Shown here piece by piece: positions 17,320 through 25,029 of a DNA stretch of 64,000 nt. The first letter of the stretch is position 1, and every line of letters starts with the position of its first letter. The position numbers and the translations under genes were made by a program. The notes beneath the pieces are model-generated. The model was not told where the DNA came from and ran no database searches. It saw only the letters and a program-made list of their open reading frames with translations. Source of the stretch: a virus (Duplodnaviria > Heunggongvirae > Uroviricota > Caudoviricetes); IMG/VR virus record IMGVR_UViG_3300027301_000002; one strand, 5' to 3'.

Positions 17320-17577
17320 TCAACTAGCAATTGCTGTATTTTTGATTTCTTTAACTGCCTCACCGAGATCAGAAGGTAGTTCATTCACCCTATCAAAACT
17401 ATATGCAATACCAAGAATGTCATTTCGCAATGCTGATAGATAATCTGCTTGATATCCAATAATTTCATCTTTGCTGAAAGCATTAGACGGTAGTTGTAAT
17501 CCTTTGCGATACTCTGCAAGTGTCTCAAGTCCATTATTCCATTTTTGGATTTTGCTTTTGAGTGTTTCAATATTCAT
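17320..17577 (-). CDS. hypothetical protein
   Basis: 85 aa, good composition. Confidence 0.45.
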   Translation of the reverse strand: MNIETLKSKIQKWNNGLETLAEYRKGLQLPSNAFSKDEIIGYQADYLSALRNDILGIAYSFDRVNELPSDLGEAVKEIKNTAIAS

Positions 17578-17933
17578 ACTTCAATTGTTTCAATTTGTTC
17601 TTTGATGTGTCCGGTGCTGCTTGGTTTGTTTTCAATCTCAAAATCTTCAACTAGAGTCTTCCCTTCAAGGAGACTCAAGTAATAAGGCCAGATGGGGGTG
17701 CTGATTGGATCTTCCAAAAGAGCATGGAAATTTTGAACATACGCCAATGCTTTGTCGGCGCTAAGATCATTTGAAACCATAACCTCCTTAATCTCTTTTA
17801 AGCCTTTTTTGGAGATATAGTTATATTTGGCACCTTCGGCTGTGGTTCCCATTTTCTCAAATCTTTTTTCCCATACATCAGGCCTTGCTGAAACCTCGTC
17901 GCCAGTAGCTGCACAATGAATTTTGTACTTCAT
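17574..17933 (-). CDS. hypothetical protein
   Basis: 119 aa. Confidence 0.5.
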   Translation of the reverse strand: MKYKIHCAATGDEVSARPDVWEKRFEKMGTTAEGAKYNYISKKGLKEIKEVMVSNDLSADKALAYVQNFHALLEDPISTPIWPYYLSLLEGKTLVEDFEIENKPSSTGHIKEQIETIEV

Positions 17934-18163
17934 GAATATTTAACTTCGTTTGTTTGGACGATTTGCACGATGCTTTCCTTCATGATTTTTTCTGGGAGAA
18001 TCACCATGTCACCATCTTCATCGATTACTGAAAAATTGCCTTCACCAATCGCCTTGCGAAGATCGAATCTAAATTGGGCATATTTTTCTGGTTCAATTTT
18101 CTCAAGCCGAGAAACGATTACAGCACCTCCTGGCGTCGTGACTTTAATTGCGAATTCAATCAT
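17930..18163 (-). CDS. hypothetical protein
   Basis: 77 aa. Confidence 0.45.
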   Translation of the reverse strand: MIEFAIKVTTPGGAVIVSRLEKIEPEKYAQFRFDLRKAIGEGNFSVIDEDGDMVILPEKIMKESIVQIVQTNEVKYS

Positions 18164-18201
18164 AATTGAATATCGCGGGCGGTGTGTATGTAATCAAGTG
18201 G

Positions 18202-18669
18202 TTACTCTGAAAAATCTTTAGCCGAATTCAAAAAGATTTGCGTAAGCTGTTCATCCATTTTAAAGCGAATGGTATTTTTCTCAATGCTTGTTAAAATGTT
18301 CCCATTTTTTGTGCGCTTAGTTGCTGCAACCCAGTCAGCGAACATTTCAATAATATCCACCAAATTCATATCATTTACACCACCAGCGAAGTGTTCTGGG
18401 TGATGCCTATTGTTCTTGTAATGGTGATCAATCGCCAGTTTTACTTTGCCTTTCAGTTGGTCGTATTCTGGGGTGCCATATTCGACTTCTTTCAACTCGC
18501 CTTGTGTTGCAGCAAATGCCTCTAACTCTGGTGAACATAGTTTTGATTTGTCGTGATCTAATGCTCTGCCACTTAATTGATTTATCAAACCATAAAGAAC
18601 ATTTCGGACTTGATTGATATGTTCATTGGTCTCATTGATGGTTGCCAATTCGTTTGATATTTTGTTCAT
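18202..18669 (-). CDS. hypothetical protein, possible HD-type metal-dependent phosphohydrolase
   Basis: His/Asp cluster LDHDKSK ... IDHHYKNNRHHPEH; weak. Confidence 0.35.
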   Translation of the reverse strand: MNKISNELATINETNEHINQVRNVLYGLINQLSGRALDHDKSKLCSPELEAFAATQGELKEVEYGTPEYDQLKGKVKLAIDHHYKNNRHHPEHFAGGVNDMNLVDIIEMFADWVAATKRTKNGNILTSIEKNTIRFKMDEQLTQIFLNSAKDFSE

Positions 18670-18788
18670 ATTATCGCAGATTGATCATGTAAAAGTACCA
18701 GCTGTAGACCACCAAGATAAGCAAAATTATAAATGGTGGGAGTATCGGCGGTGGGATTAAGTTGTGCCAGTGTGTTATATTCATCTCA

Positions 18789-19160
18789 TTATTCGTTGTT
18801 GTTTAGTTCTTTCCAAGCATCCCTTACCTCTTCTCTGAATTTAGTAATGTCAGGATGATCAATAATGCCAATGCGAAATCCTGACGACGTAACATAATTA
18901 AGAACTTGGCGAACCTTGATGGGATCTTTCATATTACCTACATACCGTCGCATCGTCCTAATATTTTCTTCTGGCGTATTATTCCATGTGCCGATAAAGC
19001 TATGTCTAATTTTTTGCCACTCGGGTTGTGCGACAACTACTTTAATGTTTGCCGCTCTTACTTCTTTCGGTGTTGGATCTGATTTGCGAAATTCTTTGTG
19101 TTTGTCCCCATACATTCTGAGAGTAATCTCCATTCTTTCCTTTTGAGATAGCTTTTTCAT
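18789..19160 (-). CDS. hypothetical protein
   Basis: 123 aa. Confidence 0.5.
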   Translation of the reverse strand: MKKLSQKERMEITLRMYGDKHKEFRKSDPTPKEVRAANIKVVVAQPEWQKIRHSFIGTWNNTPEENIRTMRRYVGNMKDPIKVRQVLNYVTSSGFRIGIIDHPDITKFREEVRDAWKELNNNE

Positions 19161-19171
19161 TGCTTAATATA

Positions 19172-19696
19172 TTAATTATCGTCTTCGACGCCGGTTTTCA
19201 CAAAGGTAACATACCCATCGTACGTTTCAACCATTTTTCGTTGAACCGCTGGCAGTCGGTACAATGGATGTCGAAACCAGTAATTGATTGATCCATCAGG
19301 CATCCTCCCCAGGCTCTCTATAGGAATTGGGTTGTTGTTGTTTGCTTGTGATACGATCGCTGGTGTTGAATTTTCTTTAATTGGGGCGATTTGCTTATTT
19401 TTTCGACAGTCTGTACAAACATAGTTGGCGTACAGTTTATCGATGCTCCCGTACGATTTGATCCTAGTATTAAAAATTTCCATTGAGGTGTTCCCGCAGA
19501 GTTTGTTGCATGAAGAACATGGAATCTTGTATGGGAATTTACCTTTTTGGTGATCGGCTTTGACTTTGTCAATGTCCAACACGAATGGTTTTGCTTTTTT
19601 CGGCATGCAATAAAATACTATCGGGTGTTGCTGGTGACAACTACATTTTGTGATTTGGTGTTTGATATAATCAGTTGCGGCTTCCAACACCCGCAC
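19172..19696 (-). CDS. Cys-rich (zinc-finger-like) hypothetical protein
   Basis: Multiple CxxC pairs (CSCHQQH, CSSCNKLC, CTDCRKN). Confidence 0.5.
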   Translation of the reverse strand: MRVLEAATDYIKHQITKCSCHQQHPIVFYCMPKKAKPFVLDIDKVKADHQKGKFPYKIPCSSCNKLCGNTSMEIFNTRIKSYGSIDKLYANYVCTDCRKNKQIAPIKENSTPAIVSQANNNNPIPIESLGRMPDGSINYWFRHPLYRLPAVQRKMVETYDGYVTFVKTGVEDDN

Positions 19697-19711
19697 GTAA
19701 TATATTAAATC

Positions 19712-20155
19712 ATGGTCTCACAAATCAATAAAAACATCTTGACTGTTAAAGAGGGAACAATTGTTCATTCCGTCAACTGCATTGGTGCCGTGGGAGGGTT
19801 GGCTGGTGCAATTGGTCGCCTATGGCCTACCAATGTTCGTGTCTATAAAGAAAAAGTCAAACGAGAAGGAAGATCAAAGAGTCTTCTTGGTGATGTCTTG
19901 TGGGTGCAAGTTGCGCCTAAACTTCATATTTGCAATCTATTTGGTCAATATAATATTGGTCTGGGGTCGAGACAAACTGATTACATCGCCCTTGCTAAGG
20001 GATTCCAGCTGATCGAAAAGTCCGCCCATCGTGATATCTACATCCCATATCGGATTGGTTGTGGGCTTGGTGGTGGAGACTGGGATTATGTTCTCGAAAT
20101 GATCACCAAGACATTCGGATCCAGTGGTAAGCAAGTATATATTTGCAGTATCTAA
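19712..20155 (+). CDS. macro domain (ADP-ribose binding/hydrolase) protein
   Basis: VNCIGAVGGLAGAIGRLWP at the N-terminus plus IPYRIGCGLGGGDW; both match macro-domain glycine-rich loops. Confidence 0.6.
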   Translation: MVSQINKNILTVKEGTIVHSVNCIGAVGGLAGAIGRLWPTNVRVYKEKVKREGRSKSLLGDVLWVQVAPKLHICNLFGQYNIGLGSRQTDYIALAKGFQLIEKSAHRDIYIPYRIGCGLGGGDWDYVLEMITKTFGSSGKQVYICSI

Positions 20156-20156
20156 T

Positions 20157-20663
20157 ATGGCTTTTATCAAACTTGAAAATTGCTCTCAGCAAATTTTAAA
20201 GGGGATGCAGGTGTCTGCACCAGAGGGTGCATTTGTATTTGATGCGGTCACTGATGAACCAATTGAAATTACGCAAAGAACCATCTTTCATACAACTGGC
20301 AATAACCGAAAAGGCATTGGTCGTTATCGTATAAATATGACAGGTCCTGATGGTCGAAGTGTCTATTGTATGAATTATATGATGGACGACAATAAAAAGA
20401 AGTATCATGCCATTTGGCGATTAGAACAAGAACCTTACACTGCTGCTGATATATTTCGAATTTATGGGTATCAGGTTACTGATGACCATCAGCGGGCTAA
20501 GAAATATAAACTCACTGGGCGAGTGCGAGCGCACAAAATTGCGAAGGCACTTCGTGACAATAATAGACACGATGAAGCAGATCTCATGATTGACGATATG
20601 AAAGCAGCCATATCTAAGGGCAAAAGATTTATATGCCACTGGCCAAAGGATTTAGTCCATTGA
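20157..20663 (+). CDS. hypothetical protein
   Basis: Start moved to the ATG at 20157 immediately after the macro stop codon; 168 aa. Confidence 0.45.
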   Translation: MAFIKLENCSQQILKGMQVSAPEGAFVFDAVTDEPIEITQRTIFHTTGNNRKGIGRYRINMTGPDGRSVYCMNYMMDDNKKKYHAIWRLEQEPYTAADIFRIYGYQVTDDHQRAKKYKLTGRVRAHKIAKALRDNNRHDEADLMIDDMKAAISKGKRFICHWPKDLVH

Positions 20664-20682
20664 ATGGACTAAATAAAGGTAT

Positions 20683-21036
20683 ATGAAATATCGTGAAAAT
20701 CAATTAATCTTTGAGCAATATCGTAAAGTTCTAAACGAAAGCAACGGCATGTCTGAGCAATATGAATTTGTAGTAGAGGAAATTCCTGGAATGTCTGGAG
20801 GTCCTTTCTATGTAGAGGGTACTGTCGAATACTCCTCTTATTCTGATGAAGGTGGTGGTGGCGAACCATTGAGTGTTCCTGAGTGGCAAGATGGTTCTAT
20901 TGACAGGGTGTATTACTTCGATGATAGTGATAACCCACAAGAGGTAGATGTCACAGGACAAATTACTCCGGAAGTAGAAAAATTTCTACTATCTGAATTG
21001 AAGGATCAATTTGACAACGATCAAGATCTTTACTAA
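20683..21036 (+). CDS. acidic hypothetical protein
   Basis: 117 aa. Confidence 0.45.
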   Translation: MKYRENQLIFEQYRKVLNESNGMSEQYEFVVEEIPGMSGGPFYVEGTVEYSSYSDEGGGGEPLSVPEWQDGSIDRVYYFDDSDNPQEVDVTGQITPEVEKFLLSELKDQFDNDQDLY

Positions 21037-21209
21037 TAGGAATAATTAAGCAATCGAAGAACCATCCTTAAGGGGGCTAGATGAGATATTTTTAGGCAAT
21101 TCTCATCTAGCCCCTTGATTTTTAGATTTCTGTAGTGATAGTAACGATGAAGTCGCTAGGTTCTAAAGCATATGGATAGTATTTTGTTTGTAACTATATA
21201 AATAAGTAT

Positions 21210-21506
21210 ATGAGCAAATCCAAATTCGAAACAATACAGCGCCAGTATCTAGGAACAATCAATGAGGAGGTGGATCTCCAATCCTGTGCCGCCAATGTAG
21301 CTAGCCTTGAAACGACACTCAAGGACGCAATTGACAACACCCAATCCTCTTTGAAACAAATGATGAACCTTTATCAAGACACTGGCGACGGATCCATTGA
21401 TGCCGTTTGGGAAACTTGCACCCAGATGTATAATTTGGCAATGACTACCTTTAATTCTAATAGTGAAGCCTTAAAGAATTTTGAAAAACTTTACTATAAA
21501 GAGTAG
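21210..21506 (+). CDS. hypothetical protein
   Basis: 98 aa. Confidence 0.45.
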   Translation: MSKSKFETIQRQYLGTINEEVDLQSCAANVASLETTLKDAIDNTQSSLKQMMNLYQDTGDGSIDAVWETCTQMYNLAMTTFNSNSEALKNFEKLYYKE

Positions 21507-21904
21507 AAATAGTAAATCTCGAATATAAATAATTTTAACGTGAATACACAGACGCCAGAGATTAATTTCTTTTATACAACTCCAACAGCCAATCGAATGG
21601 CTGCGGGTGGTTGCAAGTGGCGTCTCCTCGATGCTCAGCGATCATCCGCGAGTTGAAAAAAACTTTAAAAAAGACTTGCAGGTGTAACACGCCGCAGTTA
21701 TAATAAAAAAGTTAAAATAAACAACGAGGTTCACGACAAGGGAGCACCTGAAGCGCCCAAGCGATCACAGAAAGTGACATCAGTTAAAAGCTGATAGTGT
21801 ATGAAGTATTTTTACAGATATCAAATGTCTTGATATCAAGGGTCCAGTAAAGCAAATGCTTGATGTTTCCTAGTGTAGTACACTGAATAACATATCTTTT
21901 TTTA

Positions 21905-21993
21905 GGGTTCTTTTCCTGACGGTGGACTGTAAATCCATTGCCGTGTTATGTCAGGCGGTTCGGCAGAAGGTTCAACTCCTTGAGGACCCACCA
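21905..21993 (+). tRNA. tRNA-Tyr (GUA), long variable arm
   Basis: Acceptor GGGUUCU/AGGACCC, anticodon arm GUGGA-CUGUAAA-UCCAU, long extra arm, T-loop UUCAACU, A73-CCA encoded. Confidence 0.7.
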
Positions 21994-22002
21994 ATTTCAA
22001 AT

Positions 22003-22079
22003 GGGGGTGCATGTACTAAGGCTAGCGAGACTGATTTGCAATCAGACTGTTGTGGGTTCGATTCCCACCATCTCCACCA
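22003..22079 (+). tRNA. tRNA-Ala (UGC) with G3:U70
   Basis: Acceptor GGGGGUG/CAUCUCC contains the G3:U70 pair. Anticodon loop UUUGCAA, T-arm GUGGG-UUCGAUU-CCCAC, A73-CCA. Confidence 0.6.
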
Positions 22080-22083
22080 ATTT

Positions 22084-22176
22084 GGATGATTAAGCAGACA
22101 AGCGTGCTGCATCTGTTTGGAAGACAGATTGATCTAGTGATCCTAGGTTGGGGTGCAAGTCCTCATTCATCCGCCA
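22084..22176 (+). tRNA. tRNA-Ser (GGA), class II, T-loop UGCAAGU
   Basis: D-stem GCAG/CUGC, anticodon arm UCUGU-UUGGAAG-ACAGA, long extra arm, T-arm GGGG-UGCAAGU-CCUC, G73-CCA. Confidence 0.6.
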
Positions 22177-22182
22177 CTTTCT

Positions 22183-22258
22183 GGTGTTGTATTTTAATCG
22201 GCAAATTGCTATCCTGTCACGATAGATGATGCGGGTTCGAATCCCGTCAGCACCGCCA
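22183..22258 (+). tRNA. tRNA-Asp (GUC)
   Basis: Acceptor GGUGUUG/CAGCACC, anticodon arm CUAUC-CUGUCAC-GAUAG, T-arm GCGGG-UUCGAAU-CCCGU, G73-CCA. Confidence 0.7.
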
Positions 22259-22264
22259 ATTTAT

Positions 22265-22357
22265 GGGTAGCTAAACAGACAAGCGCGCTGTAACCGCCTT
22301 GAAAGCGGATTGATCTAGTGATCCTAGGTTGGGGTGCAAGTCCTCAGTTACCCGCCA
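22265..22357 (+). tRNA. tRNA-Ser (UGA), class II, T-loop UGCAAGU
   Basis: Paralog of 22084..22176; anticodon loop CUUGAAA; G73-CCA. Confidence 0.6.
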
Positions 22358-22501
22358 ATTAAGCATCAACTATCCACACTTTATGAGGAAATCCTCACAA
22401 GCTATCCCTTATATGGCTCTGGTCAAACATGGGCTTGTGCATGTTTGTAGATGATAACAGTGCTCACTGGAAAATAGCTAACTCTTAGTGGAGCACATTT
22501 C

Positions 22502-22575
22502 GGTCTTTTAGTTTAATGGTAAAACGACGCACTTGTAATGCGTTGATTCCGGTTCGACTCCGGACAGGACCTCCA
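22502..22575 (+). tRNA. tRNA-Thr (UGU)
   Basis: D-arm GUUU-AAUGGUA-AAAC, anticodon arm ACGCA-CUUGUAA-UGCGU, T-arm UCCGG-UUCGACU-CCGGA, CCA encoded. Confidence 0.7.
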
Positions 22576-22584
22576 TTTCTTTTT

Positions 22585-22660
22585 ACGTGCTAATGTCCCA
22601 AGGCAGGCGAGTTGGACTCCAAATCCGACTGGGTCAGTTCGATTCTGACAGCACGTGCCA
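22585..22660 (+). tRNA. tRNA-Trp (CCA)
   Basis: Perfect acceptor ACGUGCU/AGCACGU, anticodon arm UUGGA-CUCCAAA-UCCGA, T-arm GUCAG-UUCGAUU-CUGAC, G73-CCA. Confidence 0.7.
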
Positions 22661-22665
22661 ATTTC

Positions 22666-22739
22666 GGCCTATTAGTTTAGTGGTAAAACAATTTACTCGT
22701 AATGAATAGTCCCCAGCTCAATTCTGGGATAGGCCTCCA
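22666..22739 (+). tRNA. tRNA-Thr (CGU), atypical T-loop CUCAAUU
   Basis: Perfect acceptor GGCCUAU/AUAGGCC, D-arm GUUU-AGUGGUA-AAAC, anticodon arm AUUUA-CUCGUAA-UGAAU, CCA encoded. Confidence 0.65.
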
Positions 22740-22745
22740 TCTTAT

Positions 22746-22822
22746 GCGGTTGTAGCTCAATTTGGTAGAGCGCATCCTTGCCAAGGATATTGTCGCAGGT
22801 TCGAATCCTGTCAGCCGCACCA
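22746..22822 (+). tRNA. tRNA-Gly (GCC)
   Basis: Acceptor GCGGUUG/CAGCCGC, D-arm GCUC-AAUUUGGUA-GAGC, anticodon loop UUGCCAA, T-arm CAGG-UUCGAAU-CCUG, A73-CCA. Confidence 0.75.
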
Positions 22823-22824
22823 AT

Positions 22825-22917
22825 GGGTAGTTAAGCAGACAAGCGTACTGCAACCGTCTCGAAAGCGGATTGATCTAGCGAACCTAGGTTGGGGTGCAAG
22901 TCCTCAGCTACCCGCCA
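22825..22917 (+). tRNA. tRNA-Ser (CGA), class II, T-loop UGCAAGU
   Basis: Third member of the Ser paralog family; anticodon loop CUCGAAA; G73-CCA. Confidence 0.6.
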
Positions 22918-22925
22918 TTTTATAT

Positions 22926-22999
22926 GGTCCTTTAGCATAATGGTAATGCATCGGATTTTGATTCCGACTATGATGGTTCAATTCCATCAGGGACTTCCA
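22926..22999 (+). tRNA. tRNA-Gln (UUG)
   Basis: D-arm GCAU-AAUGGUA-AUGC, anticodon arm UCGGA-UUUUGAU-UCCGA, T-arm GAUGG-UUCAAUU-CCAUC, CCA encoded. Confidence 0.7.
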
Positions 23000-23009
23000 A
23001 TTTCTTTTG

Positions 23010-23084
23010 GCTCGAATAGCACAATGGTGAGTGTATTTCCTTGGTATGGAAGGGATGTGGGTTCGATTCCCACTTTGAGCCCCA
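23010..23084 (+). tRNA. tRNA-Thr (GGU)
   Basis: Acceptor GCUCGAA/UUUGAGC, anticodon arm UUUCC-UUGGUAU-GGAAG, T-arm GUGGG-UUCGAUU-CCCAC, C73-CCA. Confidence 0.65.
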
Positions 23085-23087
23085 CAC

Positions 23088-23159
23088 GCCTCTGTAATTC
23101 AAAAGTAGAATGGTTGTTTCATAAGCAACACGGTGAAGGTGCAAGTCCTTCCGGAGGTA
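23088..23159 (+). tRNA. tRNA-Met (CAU), T-loop UGCAAGU, no encoded CCA
   Basis: Acceptor GCCUCUG/CGGAGGU, D-arm AUUC-AAAAGUA-GAAU, anticodon arm GUUGU-UUCAUAA-GCAAC, T-arm GAAGG-UGCAAGU-CCUUC, A73 followed by CUA. Confidence 0.65.
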
Positions 23160-23168
23160 CTAATTTAT

Positions 23169-23837
23169 ATGCCAAACACTGCAATTTTATTCACAGGAAA
23201 CGTACACGGTGACACCATTGATGTTCTAATTGAACAGACCAAAAATCAGACAAATAAAATAGCATCAATATGGGAAAATGAATCACCTGAATATGTCGAC
23301 AAATTAAAAAACAACAATTTTAAAATCATTTACAATAGTGTAAAACAACAAGAAATATATAAACCACAGTTTATTACTGTACATAATGGGTTGAAGTATC
23401 TTAAAGAAAACGGATATGAATATGTATTAAGGACTCGTTTTGATATACTATGTCAAGATTATGATAGATATTTAGAGATACTGGCGAAGTCGTATCGCGA
23501 AAAGCTAACAGCTATCGCTGGCATAGAGACATCTACCACTTATTTTTTAGATATTATTATAGGTGGGAAAATTGATGAGATGCTTAAATTTTTCGCATTG
23601 CAGCCAAACTATGATGTTAGGTACTATGAAAAATTTTTAATAGAAAATTACTCAAATAAAACAAATCTAACTAAAGAAGAAATAAGAAATATATTGAATT
23701 TCTCGTTAAGTGATTGTGTCAATAACAACATTGAATTCATATGGTACAGGCCAATTTCGTGGAAGTCGCAAACGATCACGTGGCCAGACATGAGAGTAAT
23801 TAATGAGTATTGCAAAAATAATTTTATCTGGATGTAG
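23169..23837 (+). CDS. hypothetical protein (possibly sugar/LPS-related transferase)
   Basis: Start moved to the ATG at 23169 because the ORF-track start at 23133 lies inside the tRNA at 23088..23159. The stop codon overlaps the start of the next tRNA. Confidence 0.5.
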   Translation: MPNTAILFTGNVHGDTIDVLIEQTKNQTNKIASIWENESPEYVDKLKNNNFKIIYNSVKQQEIYKPQFITVHNGLKYLKENGYEYVLRTRFDILCQDYDRYLEILAKSYREKLTAIAGIETSTTYFLDIIIGGKIDEMLKFFALQPNYDVRYYEKFLIENYSNKTNLTKEEIRNILNFSLSDCVNNNIEFIWYRPISWKSQTITWPDMRVINEYCKNNFIWM

Positions 23838-23904
23838 TTCAGCTTGGTAGAACATTTGATTTGGGATCAAAAGGTCGTGGGTTCGAATCCCACCATCCAG
23901 ACCA
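23828..23904 (+). tRNA. tRNA-Pro (UGG)
   Basis: Acceptor CUGGAUG/CAUCCAG, D-arm GUUC-AGCUUGGUA-GAAC, anticodon loop UUUGGGA (G37), T-arm GUGGG-UUCGAAU-CCCAC, A73-CCA. Confidence 0.75.
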
Positions 23905-23961
23905 ATTTATAAATAAACAAGTTGATAACAACACAACCACGTGTTAATATTAACTACACAT

Positions 23962-24036
23962 TGCGGGATAGAGCAGTAGTAGCTCAACTGGCTCATAACC
24001 AGGAGGTCGGTGGTGCAAGTCCATCTCCCGCAACCA
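23962..24036 (+). tRNA. second tRNA with CAU anticodon (Met/fMet/Ile-lysidine), T-loop UGCAAGU
   Basis: Acceptor UGCGGGA/UCCCGCA, D-arm GAGC-AGUAGUA-GCUC, anticodon loop CUCAUAA, T-arm GGUGG-UGCAAGU-CCAUC, A73-CCA. Confidence 0.6.
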
Positions 24037-24050
24037 ATTTCAACATATGT

Positions 24051-24146
24051 GCTCCTGTAGCTCAATTGGTAGAGCGGAAAGCTTATACCTTTCGTATGCC
24101 CCAGATTAGGGCGCGGTTGTCGGTTCGAATCCGGCCAGGAGTACCA
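24051..24146 (+). tRNA. atypical 96-nt tRNA-like gene: canonical D- and T-arms, anticodon-arm-like hairpin with UAU, plus a long extra hairpin
   Basis: Acceptor GCUCCUG/CAGGAGU, D-arm GCUC-AAUUGGUA-GAGC, hairpin GAAAG-CUUAUAC-CUUUC, second hairpin GCCC-CAGAUUA-GGGC, T-arm GUCGG-UUCGAAU-CCGGC, A73-CCA. Identity unresolved. Confidence 0.45.
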
Positions 24147-24164
24147 ATTTCAACGAAAACAAAA

Positions 24165-24488
24165 ATGACTAAAAAAGATCGCAACAAACCCACATATGAG
24201 TGGATTGATGTAAATGCTGGTGAAGCATATTACTCTTTATATGCATATTGTTTAGACAACGCCGATCAACTAAACGGCCATCCTGGAATTCAAATCGGGT
24301 GTTATCATTACGCCATCAGCAGAAAGATGACACCAAAAAAACCATTCAAAGTACATGCTAGGAAAATGAATCAAGGGCATATATGGAGAGGCTGGGGTAG
24401 ATCTTACATTAAAGTAGATCGCGACATTCAGGTAGATAACAAAAAAAGATTCTGGCCTACACACAATCAAATTTCAATAGAAGTTTAA
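24165..24488 (+). CDS. hypothetical protein
   Basis: The ORF-track 23922..24488 runs through two tRNA genes. The plausible start is the ATG at 24165 (MTKKDRNKPTYEW...). Confidence 0.45.
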   Translation: MTKKDRNKPTYEWIDVNAGEAYYSLYAYCLDNADQLNGHPGIQIGCYHYAISRKMTPKKPFKVHARKMNQGHIWRGWGRSYIKVDRDIQVDNKKRFWPTHNQISIEV

Positions 24489-24497
24489 CCTGCACAT

Positions 24498-24572
24498 GCC
24501 TCTGTAATTCAATGGTAGAATAACAGACTTTTAATCTGAAGGTTATGGGTTCGAGTCCCATCGGAGGCACCA
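24498..24572 (+). tRNA. tRNA-Lys (UUU)
   Basis: Acceptor GCCUCUG/CGGAGGC, D-arm AUUC-AAUGGUA-GAAU, anticodon loop CUUUUAA, T-arm AUGGG-UUCGAGU-CCCAU, A73-CCA. Confidence 0.75.
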
Positions 24573-24641
24573 ATTTATACAGTCAACGCTCTGATATATT
24601 GCTATAGTATATAAGTAATAATTTAATTTAATTTTTAATAT

Positions 24642-24716
24642 TCCTCAGTGGCAGACTAGCAATGCACCCGACTGTTAATCGGGATTATGAAGGAGCGTAA
24701 CCTTCCTGAGGAGCCA
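24642..24716 (+). tRNA. tRNA-Asn (GUU), atypical T-loop AGCGUAA
   Basis: Perfect acceptor UCCUCAG/CUGAGGA, anticodon arm CCCGA-CUGUUAA-UCGGG, T-arm GAAGG-AGCGUAA-CCUUC, G73-CCA. Confidence 0.6.
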
Positions 24717-24780
24717 ATTTATAACTGCGATCAAAACACAAAGCAGTTGCTAATAACAACACCCGATGTGAATATATAAC

Positions 24781-25029
24781 ATGAAGAAAACTCAACGCCA
24801 ATGTGCAGACGACTTAGTCAACTACATCATTCGTAAAGAACTTATTCACATCAAGTCAGAATATCTTCTTCGCATTGAAAATAGTGAATGGATGGCATGT
24901 GGCACAGAGGATAAAACCAGAATTGAAGAATTGCAACGGGACATTCAAAGTGCTCGAGAATATATTAGTGTACTGGATGAGTACATCACTAAATTTGAAA
25001 AAGTAGAAACCTCGCCATTGTTCAATTAA
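24781..25029 (+). CDS. hypothetical protein
   Basis: 82 aa. Confidence 0.45.
   Translation: MKKTQRQCADDLVNYIIRKELIHIKSEYLLRIENSEWMACGTEDKTRIEELQRDIQSAREYISVLDEYITKFEKVETSPLFN

Noticed and set aside
22889-23212. ORF-track CDS 22889..23212 and the 5' parts of 23133..23837, 23922..24488, 27334..27657 and 27440..27664
   Set aside because: They read straight through well-formed tRNA genes (Ser-CGA, Gln, Thr, Met, CAU, TAT-like, Gly-UCC). Only the portions downstream of the tRNAs were kept, with later start codons.
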